Shown here one piece after another: positions 38,953-50,366 of a stretch of 64,000 nt of DNA. The stretch is taken from contig JBEVNE010000342.1 of NCBI GenBank assembly GCA_040508275.1, forward strand, positions 2,417 through 66,416, in the 5' to 3' direction. Below the pieces are notes generated by a model, which did not search any database, was not told the origin of the DNA, and saw nothing but the letters and a program-made list of their open reading frames with translations. This DNA comes from Duganella sp. (GTDB lineage Bacteria; Pseudomonadota; Gammaproteobacteria; Burkholderiales; Burkholderiaceae_D). The translations under genes and the position numbers were made by a program. Position 1 is the stretch's first letter, and each line of letters begins with the position of its first letter.

Positions 38953-41900
38953 ATGCATCTGAAGCGCCTGCTGGCCGCTGCCGCCACCACCTTGCTGAGC
39001 GTGACCGCCCACGCCATGCCCAGCACCAGTGACACCCGCATGTTGACGGCGCCGGCGCTGTCGGCGCGCCACCTGGCTTTTATCTATGCGGGCGATGTAT
39101 GGATCGCCAATCCCGATGGCAGCGCGCCGCGCCGCCTGACGGCCGATCCCGGCGACAAATCGAACCCGCAGTTTTCACCGGACGGCACGCTGCTGGCCTA
39201 CAGCGCCAATGTCGATGGCAATACCGACGTCTACCTGCTGCCGGTGGAAGGTGGCGTGCCCCGGCGCCTGACCTGGCATCCGGGCGTGGATACGGTGCAG
39301 GGCTTTACGCCGGATGGCAAGGCGGTGATGTTTACCTCGCCGCGCGCGGCGTTCAACAACCGCTACCGCAAACTGTTCACGGTGCCGGTGGCCGGCGGCG
39401 TCGAGACCCAGCTGGAAATTCCCAATGCCGCGCGCGCCACCTGGTCGCCCGATGGACAGCGCATCGTCTACAACCCGTTTTCGCCGGCGTTTTTGCAGTG
39501 GAAGCATTACCGCGGTGGCACCCATTCGATTTTGTGGCTGTTCAACCGCAGCGACAAATCGGTGCTGAAAATCCCGCAGCCGGCCACGTATTCCAATGAC
39601 GTCGATCCGATGTGGATCGGCGACACCATCTACTTCCGCTCGGACCGCGACGGTGAATTCAATCTGTATGCCTACGACGTGAAAACCCGCGCCGTGCGCG
39701 CGCTGACGCGCCACCGCGACTTCCCGGTGCTGAACGCCAGCGCCGCCGGCAACCGCATCGTCTACGAGCAGGCCGGCTATCTGCACACGCTCGACCTGGC
39801 GACGGGGCAGGCGCGCAAGCTGACCATCGGCGTATCGAGCGACCTTGGCCAGTCGCGGCCCCGCTGGGTCAGCGGCCCTAAATACATCCGCGACAGCTCG
39901 GTGTCGCCGTCGGGCGCACGCATCGCTTACGAGTTTCGCGGCGAGATCGTCACCATCCCGGCCGACAAGGGCGATGTGCGCAACCTGACGCAAACGCCGG
40001 GCGTGCATGAACGCTCGCCGGCCTGGTCGCCCAATGGCCGCGCGGTGGCGTATTTTTCCGATGAGTCGGGCGAGTATGCGCTGCATATCCGCGCCCAGGA
40101 CGGCAAGGGCGAGCCGCGCAAGTACAAGCTGACCGGCGCCGGCTTTTATGACAACCCGGTCTGGTCGCCCGACAGCAAAAAGATCGCCTACACCGACAAT
40201 TCCTGGACGCTGTACGTGCTCGACGTGGCCTCGGGCGCGATCAGCAAGATCGCCAGCGAGCCGCTGTATGGCGTCAACAAGACGCTGCGCGCCGCCTGGG
40301 CGCCCGACTCGCGCTGGATCGCCTATGCGCTCAATTCCATGACTTACACGCGCAGCGCCTACATCTATTCGCTCGAGCAGAAAAAATCATGGCCGGTGAC
40401 CGACGGCCTGTCCGACGTGGTGAATCCCGTATTCGACAAGAGCGGCAAATACCTGTACTTCTTCGCGTCCACCAACGCTGGCCCCAGCAATAACTGGTTC
40501 TCGCAGCAGAACCAGGACAATCTGGTCACGCGCACGATCTGGATGGCGGTGCTGCGGCGCGACCTGCCGTCGCCGCTGATCAAGGAGAGCGACGAAGAAA
40601 AGGGCGCCGCCGTGGCGCCGCGTCCGCCGCTGCCGGAAAAGAAAGAACTGGCTGGCGCCGACGACGCCAAAGCCAAGGGCAAAGACGACAAGGCCGACAA
40701 AGCCGACAAAGCCGATGCTACGGCCGACCCGCGCAGCGCCGACGACCCGAAAGTGGCGGTAGGCAGGGTAGCGCCCGTCACCATCGACTTTGACGGCATC
40801 GACACACGCATCGTCGATTTGCCGGTGCCGGCCGCGCAATTGTCCGACCTGCAGGCCGGCGAGGCCGGACAGATATTCTTCCTGCGCGAGACCGACGGCA
40901 AAAAAGCCATCCAGCGCTTCAGTCTCAAGGACCGCAAGGCCGAGAGTATTTCGCCGGAGGTCAACGAGTACGAGATTTCTGCCGACGGCAAGAAAATCGT
41001 TTATCGCCTGCGCGAGGCGTGGGCCATGGGCAGCGCCGGCGCCAAGCAGCTGCTGCCGTTCGAGGGCCGCATCAAGGTCGAGGCGATTGAAGTGCGCGCC
41101 GATCCGCGCGCCGAATGGACGCAGATTTTCAACGAAGCCTGGCGCATCAACCGCGACTTTTTCTACGACCCGAATATGCACGGCGCCGACTGGAACAAGA
41201 TGCGCCAGAAGTATGCGCAGTTCCTGCCCGAGCTGTCGTCGCGCGCCGACCTCAATCGCCTGATCCAGTGGCTGTGCAGCGAGCTGGGCGTGGGCCACCA
41301 TAACGGCGGTGGCGGCGACTTCTTCAACACCGGCAAGAGCGTACCCGGTGGTCTGCTGGGCGCCGACTACGAGATCAGCGAAGGGCGCTACCGCTTCAGC
41401 AAAATCTATGGTGGCCTGAACTGGAATCCGGCGCTGCGCGCCCCGCTGACGGAACCTGGCCTGAACGTCAAGGCCGGCGAATATCTGCTGGCCGTCGACG
41501 GCCGTGAGCTGCGCGCACCGACCAACGTGTACAGCGCCTTTGAAAACACCGCCAACAAGGCAGTCGATATCACCGTGGGGCCGAATGCCGACGGCAGCAA
41601 GTCGCGCACCATCACCGTGGTGCCGGTCCCCACCGAAGATGCGCTGCGCAACCGCGACTGGATCGAGGGGAATATCCGCAAGGTCAACGCCGCCACCGGC
41701 GGCAAGGTGGCTTACGTGTACGTGCCCAACACGGCGGCGCTCGGCCACACCTACTTCAAGCGCTACTTCTATCCGCAGGCCGACAAGGATGCGGTCATCA
41801 TCGATGAGCGCTTCAACGGCGGCGGCAGCGTGGCCGACTACTACATCGAGATCCTGCAGAAGAAGGAAATCGCCTGGTGGGCGATGCGCTACGGCGCCGA

Positions 41901-42306
41901 CATGAAGACGCCATCGGCCTCAATCCAGGGCCCGCGCGCCATGCTGATCGATGAAACCGCCGGTTCCGGCGGCGACCTGCTGCCGTGGATGTTCCGCAAG
42001 AACCAGATGGGGCCTTTGATCGGCAAGCGCACCTGGGGCGGCCTGGTGGGCATACTGGGCTTCCCGCTCCTGCTCGACGACGGCGTCATCACGGCGCCCA
42101 ATATCGCCTTCTGGACCCGCGAGGGCGGCTGGGGCGTGGAGAACGAAGGCGTGGCGCCCGACATCGAAGTCGAGCAGAACCCGGCCGACGTGATCGCCGG
42201 CCGCGATCCGCAGCTGGAAAAAGCCATCGAGGTGATCAAGGCCGAACTGGCGAAGAACCCGCCGGTGCGTCCGCAACGGCCGGCGTATCCGGTCAAGGCG
42301 CGCTGA
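38953..42306 (+). CDS. Tricorn-like S41 protease, exported (PD40 propellers, PDZ, S41 domain)
   Basis: Signal peptide ending AHA; repeated P.(F/W)SPDG; FYDPNMHGADW; ELGVGH; IIDERFNGGG; AGSGGD; GKRTWGG; ENEGVAPDIEV; DPQLEKAI. Confidence 0.93.
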   Translation: MHLKRLLAAAATTLLSVTAHAMPSTSDTRMLTAPALSARHLAFIYAGDVWIANPDGSAPRRLTADPGDKSNPQFSPDGTLLAYSANVDGNTDVYLLPVEGGVPRRLTWHPGVDTVQGFTPDGKAVMFTSPRAAFNNRYRKLFTVPVAGGVETQLEIPNAARATWSPDGQRIVYNPFSPAFLQWKHYRGGTHSILWLFNRSDKSVLKIPQPATYSNDVDPMWIGDTIYFRSDRDGEFNLYAYDVKTRAVRALTRHRDFPVLNASAAGNRIVYEQAGYLHTLDLATGQARKLTIGVSSDLGQSRPRWVSGPKYIRDSSVSPSGARIAYEFRGEIVTIPADKGDVRNLTQTPGVHERSPAWSPNGRAVAYFSDESGEYALHIRAQDGKGEPRKYKLTGAGFYDNPVWSPDSKKIAYTDNSWTLYVLDVASGAISKIASEPLYGVNKTLRAAWAPDSRWIAYALNSMTYTRSAYIYSLEQKKSWPVTDGLSDVVNPVFDKSGKYLYFFASTNAGPSNNWFSQQNQDNLVTRTIWMAVLRRDLPSPLIKESDEEKGAAVAPRPPLPEKKELAGADDAKAKGKDDKADKADKADATADPRSADDPKVAVGRVAPVTIDFDGIDTRIVDLPVPAAQLSDLQAGEAGQIFFLRETDGKKAIQRFSLKDRKAESISPEVNEYEISADGKKIVYRLREAWAMGSAGAKQLLPFEGRIKVEAIEVRADPRAEWTQIFNEAWRINRDFFYDPNMHGADWNKMRQKYAQFLPELSSRADLNRLIQWLCSELGVGHHNGGGGDFFNTGKSVPGGLLGADYEISEGRYRFSKIYGGLNWNPALRAPLTEPGLNVKAGEYLLAVDGRELRAPTNVYSAFENTANKAVDITVGPNADGSKSRTITVVPVPTEDALRNRDWIEGNIRKVNAATGGKVAYVYVPNTAALGHTYFKRYFYPQADKDAVIIDERFNGGGSVADYYIEILQKKEIAWWAMRYGADMKTPSASIQGPRAMLIDETAGSGGDLLPWMFRKNQMGPLIGKRTWGGLVGILGFPLLLDDGVITAPNIAFWTREGGWGVENEGVAPDIEVEQNPADVIAGRDPQLEKAIEVIKAELAKNPPVRPQRPAYPVKAR

Positions 42307-42310
42307 GTTT

Positions 42311-44011
42311 TCAGCGGTCGCCGTTTTCTGCGCGCAGCCTGCGCCACAGCGTGGTGCGGCTGATGCCGAGATAGCGGGCGGCGCTGTCGCGGCTGCCGCC
42401 AAAGCGCGCCAGCACCGCCGTGGCGCTTTCCGGCTGGTGCGTGGCAAAAGATGGCGCGGCGCCGGTATGCTGGCTGGCGCCAGACAATCCCGCTGATGCT
42501 GCCATAGGCACTGAAGCAGGCGTGGGTGTGACTGCTGCCAGCTCCGGCGCCACGCCCAGCACAAACGCTGGTGTGAGCGCCTGCAGCGGCTCGGCCGCCA
42601 GAAACAGCGCCAGCCGTTCACCGAGGTTGCGCAGTTCGCGCACATTGCCGGGCCAGTCGTAGCGCTGCAGCAGCGGTGCGCAAGCGGCGATTTCGGCGCG
42701 CAGGTCGGGGTGCGGGCGTGCGCCCAGCGCCGCCAGCGCATTTCTCAGCGACCATTCGGCCAGCGCCGCAATGTCCTGCTGGCGCTCACGCAGCGGCGGC
42801 AGCGCCAGGCGCAGCACGGCCAGGCGGTAAAACAGGTCGGCGCGAAAGCGCCCTTCGCGCACGCGCTGCGCAAGATCGCAGTGGGTGGCGCTGATGATGC
42901 GCACATTGATGGCAATCGGCCGCGTGCCGCCCACGCGCACCACCTGGCGTTCTTCCAGCACGCGCAGCAAGCGCGTTTGCAGCGCCAGCGGCATTTCGCC
43001 GATCTCGTCCAGGAACAGGGTGCCGTGGTTGGCCGCCTCGAACAGGCCGGCGTGGCCGCCGCGCCGTGCGCCGGTAAATGCGCCGTCCTCGTGGCCAAAC
43101 AGCTCGGACTCCAGCAGCGACTCGGCAAGTGCGCCGCAATTGACGGCGACGAAAGGCCGGTTCTGGCCGGGGCTGCGCTGCCCCTCGCGGTGGATCGCCT
43201 GCGCCGCCAGCTCCTTGCCGCTGCCGGTTTCGCCCTCGATCAGCGCCGTGGCCGGCGATTTGGCATACAGCACCACGGCCTGGCGCACTGCCTCCATAGC
43301 CGGCGAGTCGCCGCGCAGGTTGGTAATGCCGTGGCGTGCGCGCAGCGTATCCTGCACCACCGTGCCGCTTGCACTGCTCCTGCCACTGCCACGGCCACGG
43401 TTTGCTTCGAGCTGGGTCAGGCGCGCCAGTTCCAGCGCATCGTCGAACGCGTGCCGTACCGAGGCCACCGAATACACGAACACGCCGGTCAGCCCCGCTT
43501 CCTCGGCCAGGTCGGTGATGCGTCCGGCGCCGACGATGGCTTCGATGCCGGACGCCTTCAGATCTGCCACCTGGTCGCGCGCGTCTTCCTCGGTGACATA
43601 GGTGCGCTGTACCACCTCGATGCCAAAGGTGGCGGTAAATTCTGCCAGCTCCGGCAAGCGTTCCTGGTAGGTGACGATGGCAATGCGCGCCGATACCCGG
43701 CGTGCGCGCGCGAGCGCCTGCATCACGTCGAAGCCGCTGAAGCGCGCCACCAGCACCGGCACCGACAGCCTGCTCTTCAAATAAGCGGCGTTGGAGCCGG
43801 CGGCGATTACCGCGTCGCAGTGTTCAGTAGCGAGGCGTTCGCGGATATGGCGCACCGCGTCCTCGAAGCCGAGGTTGATCGGTTCGATGGTCGCCAGGTT
43901 GTCGTATTCGAGCGTGATATGGCGGAACAGGTCGCTCAGGCGCGAGACCGAGACGGTCCATATCACCGTCTTGTGCGCCGGCTCGGTGGGTAAGAGAGGG
44001 GAAGGGTGCAT
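42311..44011 (-). CDS. prpR: Propionate catabolism sigma54-dependent activator
   Basis: PrpR N-domain ([20 protein letters not shown]), [32 protein letters not shown]-terminal HTH; divergent from prpB. Confidence 0.95.
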   Translation of the reverse strand: MHPSPLLPTEPAHKTVIWTVSVSRLSDLFRHITLEYDNLATIEPINLGFEDAVRHIRERLATEHCDAVIAAGSNAAYLKSRLSVPVLVARFSGFDVMQALARARRVSARIAIVTYQERLPELAEFTATFGIEVVQRTYVTEEDARDQVADLKASGIEAIVGAGRITDLAEEAGLTGVFVYSVASVRHAFDDALELARLTQLEANRGRGSGRSSASGTVVQDTLRARHGITNLRGDSPAMEAVRQAVVLYAKSPATALIEGETGSGKELAAQAIHREGQRSPGQNRPFVAVNCGALAESLLESELFGHEDGAFTGARRGGHAGLFEAANHGTLFLDEIGEMPLALQTRLLRVLEERQVVRVGGTRPIAINVRIISATHCDLAQRVREGRFRADLFYRLAVLRLALPPLRERQQDIAALAEWSLRNALAALGARPHPDLRAEIAACAPLLQRYDWPGNVRELRNLGERLALFLAAEPLQALTPAFVLGVAPELAAVTPTPASVPMAASAGLSGASQHTGAAPSFATHQPESATAVLARFGGSRDSAARYLGISRTTLWRRLRAENGDR

Positions 44012-44030
44012 GTTTCAACTCTAACACAGC

Positions 44031-44065
44031 GTTTCAGGTGTTTCAAAATGAAACACCGTTGAAAC
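44031..44065. promoter_or_regulatory. Probable PrpR enhancer palindrome
   Basis: GTTTCA-GGTGTTTCA-AAA-TGAAACACC-GT-TGAAAC; the half-sites resemble the Salmonella PrpR site CGTTTCATGAAACG. Confidence 0.7.
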
Positions 44066-44077
44066 TCGATAGCGATT

Positions 44078-44090
44078 TAAGTCATTGATT
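44078..44090 (-). promoter_or_regulatory. IHF binding site
   Basis: Minus-strand AATCAATGACTTA matches WATCAANNNNTTR and lies between the enhancer and the sigma54 promoter. Confidence 0.7.
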
Positions 44091-44107
44091 TATATCAAAT
44101 CATCGGC

Positions 44108-44123
44108 TGGCACAATGTTTGCA
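44108..44123 (+). promoter_or_regulatory. Sigma54 -24/-12 promoter of the prpB operon
   Basis: TGGCACAATGTTTGCA with exact GG-N10-GC spacing. Confidence 0.88.
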
Positions 44124-44157
44124 CAAGAAATCCGCATACAACATTGAAAGGCATACC

Positions 44158-45045
44158 ATGATTCAATATTCGGCAGGCGCAGTGTTTCGCCGGGCAGTGC
44201 AGGAAGAATCGCCGTTGCAGGTCGTTGGCGCCATCAACGCCAACCATGCGCTGCTGGCGCAGCGCGCCGGCTTCAAGGCCATTTATCTGTCGGGCGGCGG
44301 CGTGGCGGCCGGTTCGCTCGGTTTGCCCGATCTGGGTATCTCCAGTCTGGATGACGTGCTCACTGACGTGCGCCGCATTACCGACGTGTGCGAGCTGCCG
44401 CTGCTGGTCGATGTCGATACCGGTTTTGGCGCCTCGGCCTTCAACGTGGCGCGCACGGTGAGGTCCATGATCAAGGCCGGCGCCGGCGCCCTGCATATCG
44501 AAGACCAGGTCGGCGCCAAGCGCTGCGGCCACCGCCCGGGCAAGGAAATCGTCTCGCAGCAGGAAATGGTGGATCGCGTCAAGGCTGCGGTGGACGCCCG
44601 CACCGATGCGCAGTTCGTCATCATGGCGCGCACCGATGCGCTGGCGGTGGAAGGGCTGGATGCCGCGATTGCGCGCGCCGTCGCCTGCGTGGAGGCGGGC
44701 GCCGACATGATCTTCCCGGAGGCGATGATCAGCCTCGAGATGTACAAGCAGTTTGCCGCCGCCGTCAAGGTGCCAGTGCTGGCCAATATCACCGAGTTCG
44801 GTGCCACCCCGCTGTTCACGGTCGATGAGCTGCGCAGCGCCGACGTGGGCCTGGTGCTGTATCCGCTGTCGGCCTTCCGCGCCATGAACAAGGCCGCTGA
44901 AAATGTCTACGGCGCGATCCGCCGCGACGGCACCCAGCAGAACGTGCTCGATACCATGCAGACCCGCGCCGAACTGTATGAGCGCATCGATTATCACCGC
45001 TACGAACAAAAGCTCGACAGCCTGTTCGCCGCCCAGAAAAAATAA
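44158..45045 (+). CDS. prpB: 2-methylisocitrate lyase
   Basis: [52 protein letters not shown]. Confidence 0.96.
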   Translation: MIQYSAGAVFRRAVQEESPLQVVGAINANHALLAQRAGFKAIYLSGGGVAAGSLGLPDLGISSLDDVLTDVRRITDVCELPLLVDVDTGFGASAFNVARTVRSMIKAGAGALHIEDQVGAKRCGHRPGKEIVSQQEMVDRVKAAVDARTDAQFVIMARTDALAVEGLDAAIARAVACVEAGADMIFPEAMISLEMYKQFAAAVKVPVLANITEFGATPLFTVDELRSADVGLVLYPLSAFRAMNKAAENVYGAIRRDGTQQNVLDTMQTRAELYERIDYHRYEQKLDSLFAAQKK

Positions 45046-45058
45046 AGGAGACCCTGAC

Positions 45059-46204
45059 ATGACCGAATCGACCTTCAAACCGAAAAAATCCGTCGCCCTG
45101 TCCGGCGTGGCAGCCGGTAACACGGCGTTATGCTCGGTCGGCAAGACCGGCAATGACCTGCACTATCGCGGCTACGACATCCTCGATGTGGCGACCACCT
45201 GCGAATTCGAGGAAATCGCCTACCTGCTGGTGCACGGCAAGCTGCCCAACGAGGCCGAACTGCGTGGCTACAAGGCCAAGCTGCGTTCGCTGCGCGGCCT
45301 GCCGCAGGCGGTCAAATCCGCGCTGGAGGCGCTGCCGGCATCGGCGCACCCGATGGATGTGATGCGTACCGGCGTGTCGGTGCTGGGCTGCGTGCTGCCG
45401 GAAAAAGACGACCATAATGTCCCCGGTGCGCGCGACATCGCCGACCGCCTGATGGCGTCGTTCGGTTCCATGCTGCTGTACTGGTACCACTACAGCCATA
45501 ACGGCAAGCGCATCGAGACCGACACCGATGACGACTCCATCGGCGGCCACTTCCTGCACCTGCTGCACGGCGTCAAGCCGTCCGACAGCTGGGTGCAGGC
45601 CATGCATACCTCGCTGATCCTGTACGCCGAACACGAGTTCAACGCTTCCACCTTCACCGGCCGCGTGATCGCCGGCACCGGCTCCGACTTGCATTCGGCC
45701 ATTACCGGCGCCATTGGCGCGCTGCGCGGTCCCAAGCACGGCGGCGCCAACGAATTCGCCTTCGAAATCCAGAAGCGCTACGACAACCCGGACGAAGCCG
45801 AAGCCGACATCCGCAACCGCGTGGCCAACAAGGAAGTGGTGATCGGTTTCGGCCATCCCGTCTATACGATTGCCGATCCGCGCAACGTGGTGATCAAGGA
45901 AGTGGCGCGCAAGCTGTCGCAAGAGGGCGGTTCGATGAAAATGTTCGACATCGCCGAGCGGCTGGAAACGGTGATGTGGGATATCAAGAAGATGTTCCCC
46001 AACCTCGACTGGTTCTCGGCCGTGTCCTACCACATGATGGGCGTGCCGACTGCCATGTTCACGCCGCTGTTCGTGATTTCGCGCACCTCCGGCTGGGCTG
46101 CCCACATCATCGAGCAGCGCATCGATAACAAGATCATCCGCCCCAGCGCCAACTATGTCGGTCCCGAAGACCTGGCTTTCGTTCCACTCAGCGAGCGTCA
46201 ATGA
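45059..46204 (+). CDS. prpC: 2-methylcitrate synthase
   Basis: [62 protein letters not shown]. Confidence 0.96.
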   Translation: MTESTFKPKKSVALSGVAAGNTALCSVGKTGNDLHYRGYDILDVATTCEFEEIAYLLVHGKLPNEAELRGYKAKLRSLRGLPQAVKSALEALPASAHPMDVMRTGVSVLGCVLPEKDDHNVPGARDIADRLMASFGSMLLYWYHYSHNGKRIETDTDDDSIGGHFLHLLHGVKPSDSWVQAMHTSLILYAEHEFNASTFTGRVIAGTGSDLHSAITGAIGALRGPKHGGANEFAFEIQKRYDNPDEAEADIRNRVANKEVVIGFGHPVYTIADPRNVVIKEVARKLSQEGGSMKMFDIAERLETVMWDIKKMFPNLDWFSAVSYHMMGVPTAMFTPLFVISRTSGWAAHIIEQRIDNKIIRPSANYVGPEDLAFVPLSERQ

Positions 46205-48801
46205 TGAACACTGCCTTCCGCAAGCCCTTGCCCGGTACCGCGCTCGATTATTTCGATGCGCGCGCCGCCGTCGATGCGATCACGCCGGGCGCCTGGACCA
46301 CCTTGCCTTACACCTCCCGCGTATTCGCGGAAAACCTCGTGCGCCGCTGCGAGCCGGCCACGCTGAACGCCTCGCTCACGCAGTTAATTGAACGTCGCCG
46401 CGACCTTGATTTTCCCTGGTTTCCGGCGCGCGTGGTCTGCCACGACATTCTCGGCCAGACCGCGCTGGTCGATCTGGCCGGCCTGCGCGACGCCATTGCC
46501 AGCCAGGGCGGCGATCCGGCCCTGGTCAACCCGGTGGTACCCACGCAACTGGTGGTCGATCATTCGCTGGCCGTGGAATGCGGCGGCTTCGATCCCGACG
46601 CCTTTGCCAAAAACCGCGCCATCGAAGAACGCCGCAACGAAGACCGCTTCCACTTTATCGACTGGACCAAAAAAGCGTTTAAAAATGTCGATGTGATCCC
46701 GCCCGGTAACGGCATCCTGCACCAGATTAACCTCGAGCGCATGTCGCCGGTGATTCAGGCCGTCGATGGCGTGGCCTTTCCCGATACGCTGGTCGGTACC
46801 GATTCGCACACGCCGATGGTCGATGCACTCGGCGTGATTGCCATCGGTGTCGGTGGGCTGGAAGCGGAGAGCGTGATGCTGGGCCGTGCCTCGTGGATGC
46901 GCCTGCCCGATATCGTCGGCGTCGAACTCACCGGCAAGCCGGGCGAGGGCATTACCGCCACCGACACCGTGCTGGCGCTCACACAGTTCCTGCGCCAGCA
47001 AAAAGTGGTGTCCGCCTATCTTGAATTTTTCGGCGCAGGCGCCGCCGGCCTGACGCTGGGCGACCGCGCCACGATTGCCAATATGGCGCCCGAATACGGC
47101 TCCACCGCCGCCATGTTTTACATCGACCAGCAAACCATCCGCTACCTGCGCCTGACCGGCCGCGACGAGCAGCAGGTGCAACTGGTGGAAACCTATGCAC
47201 GCCAGGCAGGCCTGTGGGCCGACTCACTCGCCACGGCGCAGTACGAGCGTGTGCTGCGTTTTGATCTGTCCACCGTGGTGCGCACGATCGCCGGTCCCTC
47301 CAACCCGCACAACCGCGTGCCGACCAGCGAACTGGCGGCGCGCGGCATCAGCGGCGTGGTCGAGAATACGCCGGGAATGATGCCGGACGGCGCCTGCATC
47401 ATCGCCGCCATTACCAGCTGCACCAATACCAACAACCCGCGCAACATGATCGCCGCCGGTCTGCTGGCGCGCAATGCCAATGCGCGCGGGCTGCTGCGCA
47501 AGCCGTGGGTGAAAACCTCGCTGGCGCCCGGTTCCAAGACCGTCACCCTGTACCTGGAAGCAGCCGGTCTCATGCCGGAACTGGAAAAGCTCGGCTTTGG
47601 CGTGGTCGCCTACGCCTGCACCTCGTGCAACGGCATGTCGGGCGCGCTCGATCCCGTCATCCAGCAGGAGATCGTCGAACGCGATCTGTACGCCACCGCC
47701 GTCTTGTCGGGCAACCGCAATTTCGATGGCCGCATCCACCCGTACGCGAAACAGGCTTTTTTGGCCTCGCCGCCGCTGGTGGTGGCGTATGCGATTGCCG
47801 GCACCATCCGCTTCGATATCGAGCACGATGTGCTGGGCACGGACGCCAGGGGCCAGCCGGTCAGGCTTGCCGATATCTGGCCGTCGGACCAGGAAATCGA
47901 CGCCATCGTCGCGGCCAGCGTCAAACCAGAGCAGTTTCGCGCCGTCTACGTACCGATGTTCGCGCGCGAAGCCAACGATGGCCCGGCCGTCAGCCCGCTG
48001 TACGACTGGCGACCGCAGACCACCTATATCCGCCGCCCGCCCTACTGGGAAGGCGCGCTGGCGGGCGAACGCACGCTGACGGACATGCGTCCGCTGGCCC
48101 TGCTCGGCGATAACATCACCACCGACCACCTGTCGCCATCGAACGCCATCCTGGCCGACAGCGCTGCCGGTGAATACCTGGCCAGCATGGGCCTGCCCGA
48201 GGAAGACTTCAATTCCTACGCCACTCATCGTGGCGACCACCTGACGGCGCAGCGCGCCACGTTTGCCAACCCGACCCTGAAAAACGAGATGGTGCGCGGC
48301 GCGGACGGCAAGGTGATCGCCGGATCGCTGGCGCGCATTGAACCGCAAGGGCAGGTCACGCGCATGTGGGAAGCCATCGAAACCTATATGGCGCGCAAGC
48401 AGCCGCTGATCGTGATCGCCGGCGCCGATTATGGCCAAGGTTCTTCGCGCGACTGGGCTGCCAAGGGCGTACGCCTGGCCGGCGTGGAAGCCATCGTCGC
48501 CGAAGGCTTCGAGCGCATCCACCGCACCAACCTGGTGGGCATGGGCGTGCTGCCGCTGGAATTCCAGCCCGGCGTCAACCGCCTCACGCTGGCGCTGGAC
48601 GGCACGGAAACCTATAGCGTGACCGGTGAGCGCACGCCGCGCGCCACGCTCACGCTGGTGATCGTGCGCCGCAATGGCGAACGGGTGGCAGTGCCGGTCA
48701 TCTGCCGGCTTGATACCGCCGAAGAGGTATCGATATATGAAGCGGGCGGTGTGCTGCAGCGCTTCGCCCAGGATTTTCTTGCATCGGCAAAGGCGGCATG
48801 A
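46201..48801 (+). CDS. acnD: Fe/S-dependent 2-methylisocitrate dehydratase
   Basis: [67 protein letters not shown]; lies between prpC and prpF. Confidence 0.95.
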   Translation: MMNTAFRKPLPGTALDYFDARAAVDAITPGAWTTLPYTSRVFAENLVRRCEPATLNASLTQLIERRRDLDFPWFPARVVCHDILGQTALVDLAGLRDAIASQGGDPALVNPVVPTQLVVDHSLAVECGGFDPDAFAKNRAIEERRNEDRFHFIDWTKKAFKNVDVIPPGNGILHQINLERMSPVIQAVDGVAFPDTLVGTDSHTPMVDALGVIAIGVGGLEAESVMLGRASWMRLPDIVGVELTGKPGEGITATDTVLALTQFLRQQKVVSAYLEFFGAGAAGLTLGDRATIANMAPEYGSTAAMFYIDQQTIRYLRLTGRDEQQVQLVETYARQAGLWADSLATAQYERVLRFDLSTVVRTIAGPSNPHNRVPTSELAARGISGVVENTPGMMPDGACIIAAITSCTNTNNPRNMIAAGLLARNANARGLLRKPWVKTSLAPGSKTVTLYLEAAGLMPELEKLGFGVVAYACTSCNGMSGALDPVIQQEIVERDLYATAVLSGNRNFDGRIHPYAKQAFLASPPLVVAYAIAGTIRFDIEHDVLGTDARGQPVRLADIWPSDQEIDAIVAASVKPEQFRAVYVPMFAREANDGPAVSPLYDWRPQTTYIRRPPYWEGALAGERTLTDMRPLALLGDNITTDHLSPSNAILADSAAGEYLASMGLPEEDFNSYATHRGDHLTAQRATFANPTLKNEMVRGADGKVIAGSLARIEPQGQVTRMWEAIETYMARKQPLIVIAGADYGQGSSRDWAAKGVRLAGVEAIVAEGFERIHRTNLVGMGVLPLEFQPGVNRLTLALDGTETYSVTGERTPRATLTLVIVRRNGERVAVPVICRLDTAEEVSIYEAGGVLQRFAQDFLASAKAA

Positions 48802-49976
48802 TGAACTCACCAAACAGAATCGCCGCCACCTATATGCGTGGCGGCACCAGCAAGGGCGTGTTTTTTCGTTTGCAGGATTTGCCGGCGGCGGCGCAAACGC
48901 CGGGCGCCGCGCGCGATGCGCTGCTGTTGCGGGTGATCGGCAGCCCCGACCCCTATGGCAAACAGATCGACGGCATGGGCGGCGCCACCTCGAGCACCAG
49001 CAAGGCCGTGATTGTGGCGCCCAGCACACGCGCCGATCATGATGTTGATTATTTGTTCGGCCAGGTCGCCATCGACCGGCCGCTGGTGGACTGGAGCGGC
49101 AACTGCGGCAACCTGTCGGCGGCGGTGGGCGCGTTTGCCATCAGCGGTGGCCTGGTCGAGCCGGCGCGCATTCCGGCCGACGGCGTGGCGGTGGTGCGCA
49201 TCTGGCAGGCCAATATCGGCAAGACCATCATCGCCCACGTGCCCATGGCAGGCGGCCAGGTACAGGAACACGGCGACTTTGAACTCGATGGCGTGACCTT
49301 TCCGGCGGCCGAAGTGCAGCTCGAGTTTATCGACCCGGCAGCCGAAGAGGAGGGCGGAGGCGGCGCCATGTTCCCCACCGGCCAGTTGATCGATGATCTG
49401 GAAGTGCCCGGCGTCGGCACGCTGCGGGTCACCATGATCAACGCCGGCATTCCCACCATTTTTGTCGAGGCCAAAGCGCTCGGCTACAGTGGTACGGAAC
49501 TGCAGGAAGCCATCAATGGCGACGCCCGCGCGCTGGCCAGGTTTGAAACCATTCGCGCCCATGGCGCACTGCGCATGGGGCTGATCGACAGCCTGGAGCA
49601 GGCGGCGCAGCGCCAGCACACGCCCAAGCTGGCCATGGTGGCGCCGCCTGCCGCTTACACCGCATCGAGCGGCAGGCAGGTGGACGGCGCCGATATCGAC
49701 TTGCTGGTGCGCGCACTGTCGATGGGCAAGCTGCATCACGCGATGATGGGCACGGCGGCGGTGGCGATCGGCGCCGCTGCCGCCATTCCCGGCACGCTGG
49801 TCAACCTGGCCGCTGGCGGCGGCACGCCGGCGGCGGTGCGCTTCGGCCATCCGTCGGGGACCTTGCGGGTCGGCGCCGAAGCGCGGAAAAGTGAGGAAAA
49901 CGGCGCCTGGCAGGTGGTCAAGGCAGTGATGAGCCGCAGTGCGCGCGTGTTGATGGAGGGTTGGGTGCGCGTGTAA
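48798..49976 (+). CDS. prpF: 2-methylaconitate cis-trans isomerase
   Basis: YMRGGTSKG, QIDGMGGATSSTSK, WSGNCGN, SMGKLHHAMMGT, RSARVLMEG. Confidence 0.95.
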   Translation: MMNSPNRIAATYMRGGTSKGVFFRLQDLPAAAQTPGAARDALLLRVIGSPDPYGKQIDGMGGATSSTSKAVIVAPSTRADHDVDYLFGQVAIDRPLVDWSGNCGNLSAAVGAFAISGGLVEPARIPADGVAVVRIWQANIGKTIIAHVPMAGGQVQEHGDFELDGVTFPAAEVQLEFIDPAAEEEGGGGAMFPTGQLIDDLEVPGVGTLRVTMINAGIPTIFVEAKALGYSGTELQEAINGDARALARFETIRAHGALRMGLIDSLEQAAQRQHTPKLAMVAPPAAYTASSGRQVDGADIDLLVRALSMGKLHHAMMGTAAVAIGAAAAIPGTLVNLAAGGGTPAAVRFGHPSGTLRVGAEARKSEENGAWQVVKAVMSRSARVLMEGWVRV

Positions 49977-50057
49977 GCCAGCGGTAAGACTTGCCAGCTA
50001 TTGTGGGTTCAAGCTCGCGATAAAAGAGCAGATTATTTGATAAACGGAGACTAAACC

Positions 50058-50366
50058 ATGCAAGACGACCTGGTTCATAAAATCAAAAGCGACCCCAATT
50101 ATCACCGGCTGGTCAAAACACGTTCCACTTACGGCTGGATCCTGACCGCCATGGTCATGGTGGTTTATTACGGCTACATCCTGCTGATCGCCTTCGACAA
50201 GGAGTTGCTGTCCACCCCGATCGGCGCCGGCGTTACCACCTGGGGCATTCCGGCCGGCCTGTTCGTGATCGTGTTCACGGTGCTGGTCACCGGCGTGTAC
50301 GTGCGCCGCGCCAACAAGGAATTCGACGACCTCACTCAAGCCATTGCAGATCGGGTGAAAGCATGA
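50058..50366 (+). CDS. yjcH: DUF485 small membrane protein, ActP partner
   Basis: Two TM helices, [10 protein letters not shown]; ATGA overlap with actP. Confidence 0.88.
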   Translation: MQDDLVHKIKSDPNYHRLVKTRSTYGWILTAMVMVVYYGYILLIAFDKELLSTPIGAGVTTWGIPAGLFVIVFTVLVTGVYVRRANKEFDDLTQAIADRVKA

